Positions 30,445 through 38,835 of a DNA stretch of 64,000 nucleotides are shown here, piece after piece. The notes beneath the pieces are model-generated. The model worked only from the letters and a program-made list of their open reading frames with translations, was not told the DNA's origin and ran no database searches. Source of the stretch: an uncultured delta proteobacterium (GTDB lineage Bacteria > Myxococcota > Myxococcia > Myxococcales > Myxococcaceae); contig CAVZMH010000015.1 in NCBI GenBank assembly GCA_963776345.1, forward strand, positions 224,001 to 288,000. The letters are read 5' to 3'. Positions within the stretch are counted from its first letter, which is position 1. Each line of letters starts with the position of its first letter. Both the position numbers and the translations under genes were made by a program.

Positions 30445-31812
30445 TTGCTCGTAGCGCTGTTGGCCCTCGCCGTCGCGGCGCCCACCTGCGGCCCGCTCGA
30501 CCTCCAGACCGCCCAGGCGCTGGCGCTCGCCCGCAGCGACGAGGTGGGCATCAAGCGGAGCGAGCAGGCGGCGGCCGAGGCGGACCGGGCGGTGGCCACC
30601 GCCATCCGGTTCTTGCCCGAGTTCTACGCCAACATCCCGCTGGGCGTCGTGCCGGGGGCCAGGCTGAAGGACCCGGGCAACGGCAACGACATCACCAACA
30701 TCGACAGCGGCAGCAACCGGGGCATCACGAACCTCGGCCCGTTCTTCCGGGTGGAGATCAACGCGCTCCAGCCGATCTGGACGTGGGGCCGTCTCGACGC
30801 CGCCAGTGACGCGGCGGCCGCCGGTGCACGGGCCCGCGGCTACCTGGTGGACGACACCTCCAACGCCATCCGGCACCGGGTCCTCCAGCTGGTGATGGGG
30901 ATCCGGCTCACCACCCGGCTTCTGGCCATCGCCGCCGACGTCCAGAGCGCGCTCAAGGAGGCCGATGTCCGGGTGCAGAAGTCGCTCAAGGAGAACGACG
31001 GGGAGATCACGCCCGAGGACCGCTACCGGATCGAGATCTTCCGGAGTCAGCTGAACCAGCGGGTCGCGGACGGCGAGCGGGCCCTGCGCATCGCCCGGGT
31101 GGGCCTCGCGGCGACCCTGGCGCTCGACCCCAACCAGCTCCAGCTCCGGGACGACCCCCTTCCGGACACCGCGCAGATCCGCCCCCCCGATCTGGTCATG
31201 GCCCTGGCCGACGCCGAGAAGCAGCGGCCGGACCTCAAGGCGCTGGACAACGGCATCCTGGCCAAGGAGGCCGACGTGAGGGCCACCCGGGCCGAGCTCT
31301 TTCCCCAGGTGGGCCTCGTCGCCCAGTTCGCCTGGTCGACGGCGCCCGGGCGCGACGTCATCACCAACCCCTACGTGGGCGACTACTTCAACGCCCTGAC
31401 CATCGGGGCGGCGCTGGGCATCCGGCAGAACCTCTCCTTCTGGACGGTCATCACCCAGACCAACAAGAAGGAGGCGGAGCTGAACACGCTCCGCAAGCAG
31501 CGGGCAGGCGCGGTCCGGGGGATCCACGTCGAGGTGGAAACCGCGGTCGCCGAGCTGAACGCGGCGATCACCAAGCGGGAGGCATCGGCCAAGGCCGTCG
31601 CCGCCGGCCGGAGCTGGTTCCGGAGCGCCACCCTGAACTTCGGCGTGGGGGTGGGTGACGGCCGCGACCTGATCGACGCCTACCGGGGGTACGCGGAGGC
31701 GCAGTACGGGGACGCGCAGGCCACGTTCGATCTACTGGCGGCCCAGAGCCGGCTGGAGCAGGTCACCGGCCGCATGCCGCCAGTGCCCGAGGTGAACTGC
31801 ATGATGCCCTGA
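30445..31812 (+). CDS. TolC family outer membrane protein
   Basis: LDLQTAQALALARS, two OEP repeats (FLPEF...QPIWTWGR; QRPDL...LFPQV), ends LEQVTG. Confidence 0.85.
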   Translation: MLVALLALAVAAPTCGPLDLQTAQALALARSDEVGIKRSEQAAAEADRAVATAIRFLPEFYANIPLGVVPGARLKDPGNGNDITNIDSGSNRGITNLGPFFRVEINALQPIWTWGRLDAASDAAAAGARARGYLVDDTSNAIRHRVLQLVMGIRLTTRLLAIAADVQSALKEADVRVQKSLKENDGEITPEDRYRIEIFRSQLNQRVADGERALRIARVGLAATLALDPNQLQLRDDPLPDTAQIRPPDLVMALADAEKQRPDLKALDNGILAKEADVRATRAELFPQVGLVAQFAWSTAPGRDVITNPYVGDYFNALTIGAALGIRQNLSFWTVITQTNKKEAELNTLRKQRAGAVRGIHVEVETAVAELNAAITKREASAKAVAAGRSWFRSATLNFGVGVGDGRDLIDAYRGYAEAQYGDAQATFDLLAAQSRLEQVTGRMPPVPEVNCMMP

Positions 31813-31819
31813 GCGGGCG

Positions 31820-32566
31820 TCAGCGGTCCCGCTCGACCTCGGCGTTCTTCACCGGCGCCGGAGGCGGAGCGGTCTCGGCAGTCCCGGCGTCCGGGAGCTG
31901 CCGGGGCACCTCGGCGGGGGCCCGGACGACGGGCTCGGGCCGGCGGTCCAGGAGGACGAAGTCCGCGTAGTCCGCCTCGCTCCGCGAGTTGGTCGCGTCG
32001 CCGTCGCTGAGCACCGCCAGGGCGACGAAGTCCGGCACGTCCTCGAGCTTTCCCCCGAAGTAGCGGGCGAAGTCCGCGCGCGGGTCCACCGTCTCGGTCT
32101 GCCAGGCGTCGACCTCGCCGCCGCTCCGGAGGACGACGATCCGCTTGGCGAAGAACAGGTTGTTGGCCAGCTCGCAGCTGCGGTTGATCGCCCCGACCGA
32201 GTTCCAGACGTACTTGATGACCATGACCTTGAGGCCGGCCTTGAAGGTGGCGAACACGCCGGCGGCCGCGTCGCCCACGTCGGGGTTGCAGTCGTCGCCG
32301 CCCTTGGGGAAGGCCCGGACGCGCCAGCGCCACTGCACGCCGGCGAGGGTCCGCCGGAATCGCGGCGGGGCCTCGATGCCCCGGACCATGGTGTCGAACG
32401 GCGGCCGGTACCGGGCCGCGAGGTAGGGTCCGTCAGGGCCGGACTCGACCGCGTAGTAGTCGTCCTTCCCCGAACTCTGCTTCACCACCTGGAAGGCGCG
32501 GATGTCGAGCGAGGTGCCCTCGGAGGGCGAGGCGGAGAGCACCACGCTGAGCAGGATGGAGAGCAC
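31820..32566 (-). CDS. Secreted DUF3047-like protein
   Basis: Signal peptide, QWRWRV..P..GDD, DAAAGVF, IKYVW, WQTETVD, LSDGD; GTG after GAGGAG. Confidence 0.65.
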   Translation of the reverse strand: MLSILLSVVLSASPSEGTSLDIRAFQVVKQSSGKDDYYAVESGPDGPYLAARYRPPFDTMVRGIEAPPRFRRTLAGVQWRWRVRAFPKGGDDCNPDVGDAAAGVFATFKAGLKVMVIKYVWNSVGAINRSCELANNLFFAKRIVVLRSGGEVDAWQTETVDPRADFARYFGGKLEDVPDFVALAVLSDGDATNSRSEADYADFVLLDRRPEPVVRAPAEVPRQLPDAGTAETAPPPAPVKNAEVERDR

Positions 32567-32695
32567 GTTCCTCTCCTCGCACGCCCCGGCCGGCGATCTC
32601 AACGCGCTTGAATGCGGCGGGGGGCCGCGCACCCCCGGGCCCTCTTCCGTGCGCCGGGCGGTCGTGGTACGCCCCGCGGCCCGGAAAGCCGGCCC

Positions 32696-32769
32696 GGCTA
32701 GGTAGCTCAACTGGTTAGAGCGGCGGTCTCATAATCCGCAGGTTCCCGGTTCGATTCCGGGCCTAGCCA
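32696..32769 (+). tRNA. tRNA with CAT anticodon, most like elongator tRNA-Met; 3' CCA not encoded
   Basis: Acceptor GGCTAGG/CCTAGCC, D arm GCTC/GAGC, anticodon loop CTCATAA, T arm CCCGG-TTCGATT-CCGGG. G1-C72 pair excludes initiator; Ile2 not fully excluded. Confidence 0.93.
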
Positions 32770-32825
32770 CTTTCCCCGCCGCCGCTTAATTGACAACCCT
32801 CCAGGACGCGGGAACCTCGGGGGCA

Positions 32826-32851
32826 CCGGCGCGACAGACCTGTCGCGCCGG
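32826..32851. promoter_or_regulatory. Perfect dyad CCGGCGCGACAG-AC-CTGTCGCGCCGG, possible operator
   Basis: 12-bp arms abutting the AGAGGAG RBS of the RHH gene; TTGACA at 32790-32795 upstream. Confidence 0.45.
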
Positions 32852-32867
32852 AGAGGAGTCGGCGCGC

Positions 32868-33077
32868 ATGGAACCCAGCACCACCGTCCCCGAGCCCGTC
32901 CCCCAGGCCGACGCGGCGGATCCGGACGCCAGCTTCACGGTGAGCACGCACGTGCTCGTCCCCGAGGAGGACGTCCGGCGGCTCCGGGCCCTCTCCGCCC
33001 GGACGCGGGTGGCCCAGAGCGACTACCTCCGCGAGGCGGTGGAGGACCTCCTCAAGAAGTACGGCGTCGAGCCGTGA
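32868..33077 (+). CDS. Ribbon-helix-helix domain protein
   Basis: VSTHVLVPEEDVRRLRALSARTRVAQSDYLREAVEDLLKKY, RHH_3-like; AGAGGAG RBS. Confidence 0.85.
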   Translation: MEPSTTVPEPVPQADAADPDASFTVSTHVLVPEEDVRRLRALSARTRVAQSDYLREAVEDLLKKYGVEP

Positions 33078-33222
33078 CCCCACCGGCCGCCGAGCGGATC
33101 CGCGAGCGCGAGCCGCTCCCGGTCGAGGCGAGGGGCCGTCCGCCGCTGCGCCCCGAGTCCCCTCCCCCGTCCCGCACCGAGGGCATCGTCCAGGCCATCC
33201 TCAGCTGGCTCGACGGGCAGCT

Positions 33223-34251
33223 CTAGCCCGCCGTCGACGGCGCGTTCTCCTCCTGCTCCAGCCGCCCCGCGAGGTCGCGGAACGACAGCTGGTCGATCGA
33301 CAGGAAGAGGAGCCCGAGGCCGATCTGAAGCGCCGTCTGGCACAGCCAGAGCACGTTGGCGTACGCGAGCCCGGGGCCGTTCACCACCGCGGCCGGCAGG
33401 AAGATGGAGAGCCCGAGCTTCACCGCCGCCTGGAAGGTCCCCACCATCCCGGGCGCGGCGGGGATCATCACCCCCACCACCAGTAGGCACATCGCCACGT
33501 ACGACTGGGTGAGCGAGAGCTGGAACGGGAACGCCCGCATCAACACCCACATCCCGAAGCCGTTCAGGCCCCAGTAGACGACCGTCCAGACGAGGAAGGC
33601 CGCCAGCTCGGACGGGCGGTGCCTCTGCTTCAGCGCGCCCACGAAGCCGTCCACGACGCCCGAGGCACGCTCGCCGAGCCCCGCCGAGAGCCGGCCCAGC
33701 GTGCCGCGCACCAGCGCCACGGCGCGGTCGTGCTGCCAGGCGGCGAAGAGGAGGAAGAGGAACCCTCCGAAGAACACCGCGAACATGGCGTTCGCCCCGT
33801 ACCGGGCGAGCCGCACCGGCGTGGCCTCGCCGTGGACGAAGAAGAGGAGCCCCCGGAGCAGGAGGGCCACGAACACCCCGTCGGCGATCCGCTCGAGCAC
33901 CACGGTGGTCATCGCCGCGCTCCGCCGGATGGAGCTGCGCTGGGCGATGAGGAAGGGACGGGCGAACTCCCCCAGCCGGAAGGGCAGCACCAGCAGCATC
34001 ATGAAGCCGATGGCGCTGGCGTCGTTCAGCGCCCGGAACCGGACCCGCTCCTGCGAGGCGAGCAGCGCGCCCCAGCGCGCCGTCCGGCAGAGGTGAATCA
34101 GCAGGAGGATGGCCAGGTACGGGGGCACCCAGCCGTAGTGCGCGGAGCGCAGGCTCGCCCACTGCTCTTCCCAGTGGGTGTCGCGGAACGCCCACCAGCC
34201 GAACACCAGGGTGACCGCCAGGCTGGCCAGCAGCTTGAGGAGTCGCTTCAC
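33223..34251 (-). CDS. Lysylphosphatidylglycerol synthase TM-domain (flippase-like, UPF0104) protein
   Basis: CRTARW, LPFRLGEFAR, VVLERIAD, IPAAPGMVGTF; GTG start. Confidence 0.88.
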   Translation of the reverse strand: MKRLLKLLASLAVTLVFGWWAFRDTHWEEQWASLRSAHYGWVPPYLAILLLIHLCRTARWGALLASQERVRFRALNDASAIGFMMLLVLPFRLGEFARPFLIAQRSSIRRSAAMTTVVLERIADGVFVALLLRGLLFFVHGEATPVRLARYGANAMFAVFFGGFLFLLFAAWQHDRAVALVRGTLGRLSAGLGERASGVVDGFVGALKQRHRPSELAAFLVWTVVYWGLNGFGMWVLMRAFPFQLSLTQSYVAMCLLVVGVMIPAAPGMVGTFQAAVKLGLSIFLPAAVVNGPGLAYANVLWLCQTALQIGLGLLFLSIDQLSFRDLAGRLEQEENAPSTAG

Positions 34252-35007
34252 GAGGTGCCGCCGTCTACCCCACCCCCGTCGGGCATTTCCACCGTCTCGC
34301 CGGCGAGCACCCGCGCCGGGGACGTCCCGGAGCAGCCGCTGGACCCCAGCCTCTCCGGCACAGGCGCGAAGCTCGGAGAGCGCCTGCTCCAGCCACCGCT
34401 GCGCACCGGACGGCGCGTGCAGGTCGGTGGCGGCGACGGCGTAGAGCCCCTCGTCGAGGAGCGCGCGCGCGGTGCGGCGAGCCACCGGCCCGTAGCGGCC
34501 GCTCAGCGCGCCGATGTCCAGCTGCAGCCGCGCGCCCAGCGCCACCACCTCCGCCGCGCGGCCCGGGCGCTGGAACTCGAGGCAGCGCTCGGGGTGGGCG
34601 AAGAGCGGCACCACGCCCCGGCGCATCATCTGGAAGACCAGCGTGGGCAGGGCCGGGACCGGAGAGGAGTAAGGGAGCTCCACCAGCAAGTGAGGGCCGC
34701 GGTGCACCGGCCGCGCCGCGGGCGTGCCCAGCGACTCGAGGAAGCCCTCCTCCACCAGGGCGTTCTCCGCCCCGAGCTCGAGGACGAGGGGGATGCCCTC
34801 CTCGGCCAGCGCACGGCGGAGCGCGACCAGCCGCTCGACGCAGACCTCCAGCGGCGCGCACCCGGCGCGGGCGTGCGGGCTCACCGCGACGGTCGAGAAC
34901 CCCAGCCCGACCAGGGCCCGGGCCATCTCCAGGGCGTCCTCGGGCGTGCGCGCGCCATCGTCCACTCCGGGGAGCAGATGGCAGTGCAGGTCGACGTAGC
35001 CGCTCAT
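34248..35007 (-). CDS. CpsB/CapC-type PHP protein-tyrosine phosphatase; apparent +1 frameshift at 34318-34321
   Basis: VDLHCHLLPGVDDG, SPH, GAEN, AHPER, ATDLH. Removing one C gives a natural end whose TGA overlaps the next GTG. Confidence 0.88.
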
Positions 35008-35201
35008 CGGTCGGGCACGTCGTCCGGGGACGGGGGCTGCTCCTCGCCCTCTGCCGGCCTCGAGGGGACCCGGTACTCCTCCCCGAACCAGCGGCCGAGG
35101 TCGATGCGGCGGCAGCGGTCGGAGCAGAAGGGAAAGGCCGGATTGCGGGCGAGCGGCGCCGCGGGCTTCTTGCACACGGGACAGGGGGCGATGCGTTCCA
35201 C
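35004..35201 (-). CDS. yacG: DNA gyrase inhibitor YacG
   Basis: CPVC...PFCSDRCRRIDLGRWFGEEYRVP zinc finger. Confidence 0.93.
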   Translation of the reverse strand: MERIAPCPVCKKPAAPLARNPAFPFCSDRCRRIDLGRWFGEEYRVPSRPAEGEEQPPSPDDVPDR

Positions 35202-35395
35202 GGACGGCCCCTTCTACGGCCCTGGAGGCCCCGGGTTCCAGCACGGCGGCCCCGGCGAGCCCTCCCCGGGGGGCGGCCCCGGCGCTGCGGCACGAGCGGC
35301 CCCCGGCGGGCATGGAGCCGGGGCACCGGACGGCCGCCGCTGGCCTTGCAATCTGGCCGGAAGCAAGGCAGGCGGGTCGCCCCGAGGAGAACCAC

Positions 35396-36391
35396 ATGCG
35401 TGCCGTCCGCATCGAGCAGCCCGGGAGCGCCGCGGGCCTGCGCCTGGTCGAGGTCGAGGAGCCGGTCCCCGGTCCGGGGGAGATCGGCGTGGACGTCCAC
35501 TCCACCGCGCTCAACCGGGCGGACTGGCTGCAGACCCTCGGGAAGTACCCCCCGCCGCCGGGCACGCCCGCGGACCTCCCCGGGATGGAGTACGCCGGAA
35601 CGGTGCGCGCCACGGGGCCGCGGACCTTCCGTTTCCGCCCCGGGGACAGGGTGATGGGGCTGGTCCCTGGCGCGGCCTTCGCCGAGCGCCTCGTCACCCA
35701 CGAGCGCGAGGCGGTTGCGGTGCCCGAGCCCGTCTCGCTCACCGACGCGGGGGCGATCCCCGAGGCCTTCTTCACCGCCTTCGACGCGCTGGTGCTCCAG
35801 GGCCGGCTGGGCGCGGGCGAGCGGGTGCTGGTCCACGCGGTGGCAAGCGGGGTGGGCACGGCCGCGGCGCAGATCGTCCACGCGTCGGGCGCCACGCTCT
35901 TCGGCACCGGCCGCAACCCGGCCAAGCTGGAGCAGGTGGCGAAGCTGGTCCCGTCGACCTCCATCGCCGTGACGCGCGACGCACCCCGCTTCGCCGAGCG
36001 GGTGATGGAGCTCACCGGGGGCGCGGGCGTCGACCTGGTGCTCGACCTCGTCGGCGGCCGCTACACCGCCGAGTCGCTGGCCTGCCTCGCGCCGCGCGGG
36101 CGGATGCTGCTGGTGGGCACGGTGGACGGGGTGAAGGGCGAGCTCGACCTCCGGCTCGCGCTCGGCAAGCGGGCGCAGATCACCGGCACGGTGCTCCGCG
36201 CCCGCCCCCTGGAGGAGAAGATGGCGCTCGCCCGCGCGGTGGAGCGGCACGTCCTCCCGCTGTTCGCGCGCGGCGTGTACCGGCCGGTGGTCGACCGGGT
36301 GCTGCCCATGGAGCGAATCTCGGACGCCTTCGAGCTGCTGGCGGCGGACCGGAACGTGGGGAAGATCGTCCTGTCGTGGAGCCACCGATGA
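35396..36391 (+). CDS. NAD(P)H:quinone oxidoreductase (PIG3/zeta-crystallin MDR family)
   Basis: LNRAD..Q..GKYPPP, PGMEYAG, IPEAFFTA, VHAVASGVG, VGKIVL; GAGGAG RBS. Confidence 0.9.
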   Translation: MRAVRIEQPGSAAGLRLVEVEEPVPGPGEIGVDVHSTALNRADWLQTLGKYPPPPGTPADLPGMEYAGTVRATGPRTFRFRPGDRVMGLVPGAAFAERLVTHEREAVAVPEPVSLTDAGAIPEAFFTAFDALVLQGRLGAGERVLVHAVASGVGTAAAQIVHASGATLFGTGRNPAKLEQVAKLVPSTSIAVTRDAPRFAERVMELTGGAGVDLVLDLVGGRYTAESLACLAPRGRMLLVGTVDGVKGELDLRLALGKRAQITGTVLRARPLEEKMALARAVERHVLPLFARGVYRPVVDRVLPMERISDAFELLAADRNVGKIVLSWSHR

Positions 36392-37416
36392 GCTTCGATC
36401 CCGGTGCACCCGGACTCGCGGGCCAGGCCTTCGGGCTGCCGCACTCGGTGGACGAGGCCCGGGTGGTGCTCGTCCCCGTCCCCTTCGAGGCCACCACCAG
36501 CTACGGCGGTGGCGCGGCGGACGGACCGGCGGCGGTGCTCCGCGCCTCCCGCCAGGTGGACCTCTTCGACCTGGAGACCGGCCGCCCCTACCTCGACGGC
36601 ATCGCCATGCTCCCCGAGGACGCACGGGTGCGCGCCTGGAACGACGAGGCCAAGCGGCTCGCCGGCCCCATCGTCGAGGCCGGAGGCGCCCCGCCCGGGG
36701 ACCCGGGGCTCGCCCGGGTGAACGCGCTCTGCGAGCAGCTCAACGGCTGGCTGGAGCGCACCGTCGCCGGCCTCATCGCCGACGGGAAGCTGGTGGCCTC
36801 CGTGGGCGGGGACCACGGCAGCGTCTACGGGGCAATCGCCGCCCACGCGCACGCCTACCCGGGGATGGGCATCCTCCACCTGGACGCGCACGCCGACCTC
36901 CGGGACGCGTACGAGGGCTTCACCTGGTCGCACGCCTCCATCTTCCACAACGTCCTCCACCGGCTCCCCGAGGTGTCCCGCCTGGTGCAGGTGGGCCTGC
37001 GCGACATCTCGGAGGACGAGGTCGCGCAGGTGGAGTCCTCCGGCGGGCGGCTGGTGGTGCACACCGACCCCGAGCTCAAGCGACGCGCGTTCGACGGCGA
37101 GCCCTGGGCGCGCCAGGTGGACCGGATGGTCCGCGACCTGCCGGAGCAGGTCTACCTCTCCTTCGACGTCGACGGGCTCGACCCCACCCTCTGCCCTCAC
37201 ACCGGAACGCCGGTGCCCGGCGGCCTCTCCTTCGCCGAGGCGACGGCCCTCGTCGCCGGGGTGGTCCGCTCCGGGCGGCGGATCGTGGGGATGGACCTCG
37301 ACGAGGTCGCGCCGGGTCCGGAGGGCGACGAGTGGGACGGGAACGTGGGGGCCCGGCTCCTCTACAAGATGATCGGCTGGGCGCTGCGCTCGCAGCGCGG
37401 AGGTGAAGGACGCTGA
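36388..37416 (+). CDS. Agmatinase/ureohydrolase family protein
   Basis: GGDHGS, HLDAHADLR, SHAS, SFDVDGLDP, TGTPVPGG. Confidence 0.9.
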   Translation: MSFDPGAPGLAGQAFGLPHSVDEARVVLVPVPFEATTSYGGGAADGPAAVLRASRQVDLFDLETGRPYLDGIAMLPEDARVRAWNDEAKRLAGPIVEAGGAPPGDPGLARVNALCEQLNGWLERTVAGLIADGKLVASVGGDHGSVYGAIAAHAHAYPGMGILHLDAHADLRDAYEGFTWSHASIFHNVLHRLPEVSRLVQVGLRDISEDEVAQVESSGGRLVVHTDPELKRRAFDGEPWARQVDRMVRDLPEQVYLSFDVDGLDPTLCPHTGTPVPGGLSFAEATALVAGVVRSGRRIVGMDLDEVAPGPEGDEWDGNVGARLLYKMIGWALRSQRGGEGR

Positions 37417-38720
37417 TGCATCGCTCGATGGTCCTGGCGCTCGGGCTGCTCGCGGTTCCGGCAGCCCGCGCGGACGTGGCCCGGCGCCGCTCGCCGGTGG
37501 CGGACGTGGTCCAGAGGGTCGGCCCGGCGGTGGTCTTCATCGGCACCGAGCAGATGGTGGACCGGCGGATGCGCGGCTCGCCGCTGGACGAGCTCCTCTT
37601 CGGCGAGCGTGGCCGACGCGAGCTGCAGCAGACGGTGCAGTCGCTCGGCTCGGGAGTGATCATCGACCCCGGCGGGACCATCGTCACCAACGACCACGTG
37701 ATCCGCGGCGCCTCGGCGGTGCACGTGGTGCTCGCCGACGGACGCCAGCTCGACGCCGAAGTGGTGGGAGCGGACGCGCCCAACGACCTGGCGGTGCTCC
37801 GCGTGTCCTCGAAGACGCCGCTGCCGGCGGCGAAGCTCGGCACCTCGGCGGATCTGATGATCGGCGAGACGGTGGTGGCCATCGGCAGCCCCTTCGGCCT
37901 CACCAAGACCGTCACCTCGGGCGTGCTCTCGGCCGTGGGCCGGAGCTTCAAGGCCAACGACCAGCTCTACATCGACTTCTTGCAGACCGACGCGGCGATC
38001 AACCCGGGCAACTCGGGCGGCCCGCTGCTCAACCTGGACGGCGAGGTGATCGGCATCAACACCGCCATCTTCAGCGGCGCGCAGGGGATCGGGTTCGCCA
38101 TCCCGGTGGACAAGGTCCGGCGCATCGTCGCCGAGCTGCGCACCTTCGGGAAGGTCCGCCCGGCCTGGGTGGGCATCAACGTGGTCGACCTCACGATACC
38201 CATCGCCCGGCGGCTGGGCTGGGAGCGCAGCGACGGCGCGGTGGTGGAGTCGATCGATTCGGGGAGCCCGGCGGCAGCGGCCGGCGTGCAGCCCGGGGAC
38301 GTGGTGGTGGATCTCGGCGGCACCCCGGTCCAGGACGCGGACGAATTCCAGGCGCGCCTCGGGGGCTACCCCGCGCGGGCTCCCATGCCGCTGGTGCTCT
38401 GGCGGGACCGCCGGAAGGTCGTGGTCACCGTGACCCCCGCCGAGTTCCCCGCCGAGCGGGCCGACGCGTTCGCCTGGGACCGGCTTGGCCTGCGGCTCAC
38501 CCCGGCTCGTGGCGCCCTGGCCGTCTCCGCGGTGCGTGAACGCAGCCAGGCGGACCAGTTCGGCATCGACCGGGGAGACCTGATCGTCCGGCTCAACAAC
38601 GTCCCCCTGGACTCGCTCGCCACCTTCCGGGAGGCGCTGGTCTCCGCCCGGCGCGCACGCTCGGTGCTGCTGGTGGTGCGCCGCGCGGGTCGCAATTACC
38701 TCGTGACGTTCCGGCTTTAA
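37416..38720 (+). CDS. HtrA/DegP-like serine protease with two PDZ domains
   Basis: Signal peptide, LGSGVII, TNDHV, DLAVL, QTDAAINPGNSGGPL. Confidence 0.93.
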   Translation: MHRSMVLALGLLAVPAARADVARRRSPVADVVQRVGPAVVFIGTEQMVDRRMRGSPLDELLFGERGRRELQQTVQSLGSGVIIDPGGTIVTNDHVIRGASAVHVVLADGRQLDAEVVGADAPNDLAVLRVSSKTPLPAAKLGTSADLMIGETVVAIGSPFGLTKTVTSGVLSAVGRSFKANDQLYIDFLQTDAAINPGNSGGPLLNLDGEVIGINTAIFSGAQGIGFAIPVDKVRRIVAELRTFGKVRPAWVGINVVDLTIPIARRLGWERSDGAVVESIDSGSPAAAAGVQPGDVVVDLGGTPVQDADEFQARLGGYPARAPMPLVLWRDRRKVVVTVTPAEFPAERADAFAWDRLGLRLTPARGALAVSAVRERSQADQFGIDRGDLIVRLNNVPLDSLATFREALVSARRARSVLLVVRRAGRNYLVTFRL

Positions 38721-38835
38721 GGGTCGTCGCCGACCCCATTTCCGGTGGAGGTACGACTCCTGGACACAGGGCAAGGGGGCGTGCATCCGGTCGATTTCTC
38801 GGCGTTCGAGCAGCGCAGTAGACTGCCGCGCCAGC

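Noticed and set aside
32696..33222. tRNA as an integration site for an island or prophage
   Set aside because: No integrase, and I saw no duplicated tRNA 3' end elsewhere in the window.
33223..35007. Apparent in-frame fusion of a PHP tyrosine phosphatase to a flippase-like membrane domain (within the 930-aa ORF)
   Set aside because: The junction peptide is garbage-like. Removing one base from the G4 run at 34318-34321 gives DVPARVLAGETVEMPDGGGVDGGTS* with TGA overlapping the next GTG, the usual coupling in this genome. Probably a homopolymer error; reads would confirm.
35224..35310. Three copies of GCGGCCCC(C)GGCG about 25 bp apart
   Set aside because: Low-complexity GC sequence with short units and uneven spacing; not CRISPR-like and no cas genes.
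33619..36387. N-terminal ~920 aa of the 1265-aa ORF ending in the agmatinase
   Set aside because: The agmatinase starts at ATG 36388 (ATGA overlap with the upstream gene); the rest overlaps other real genes.
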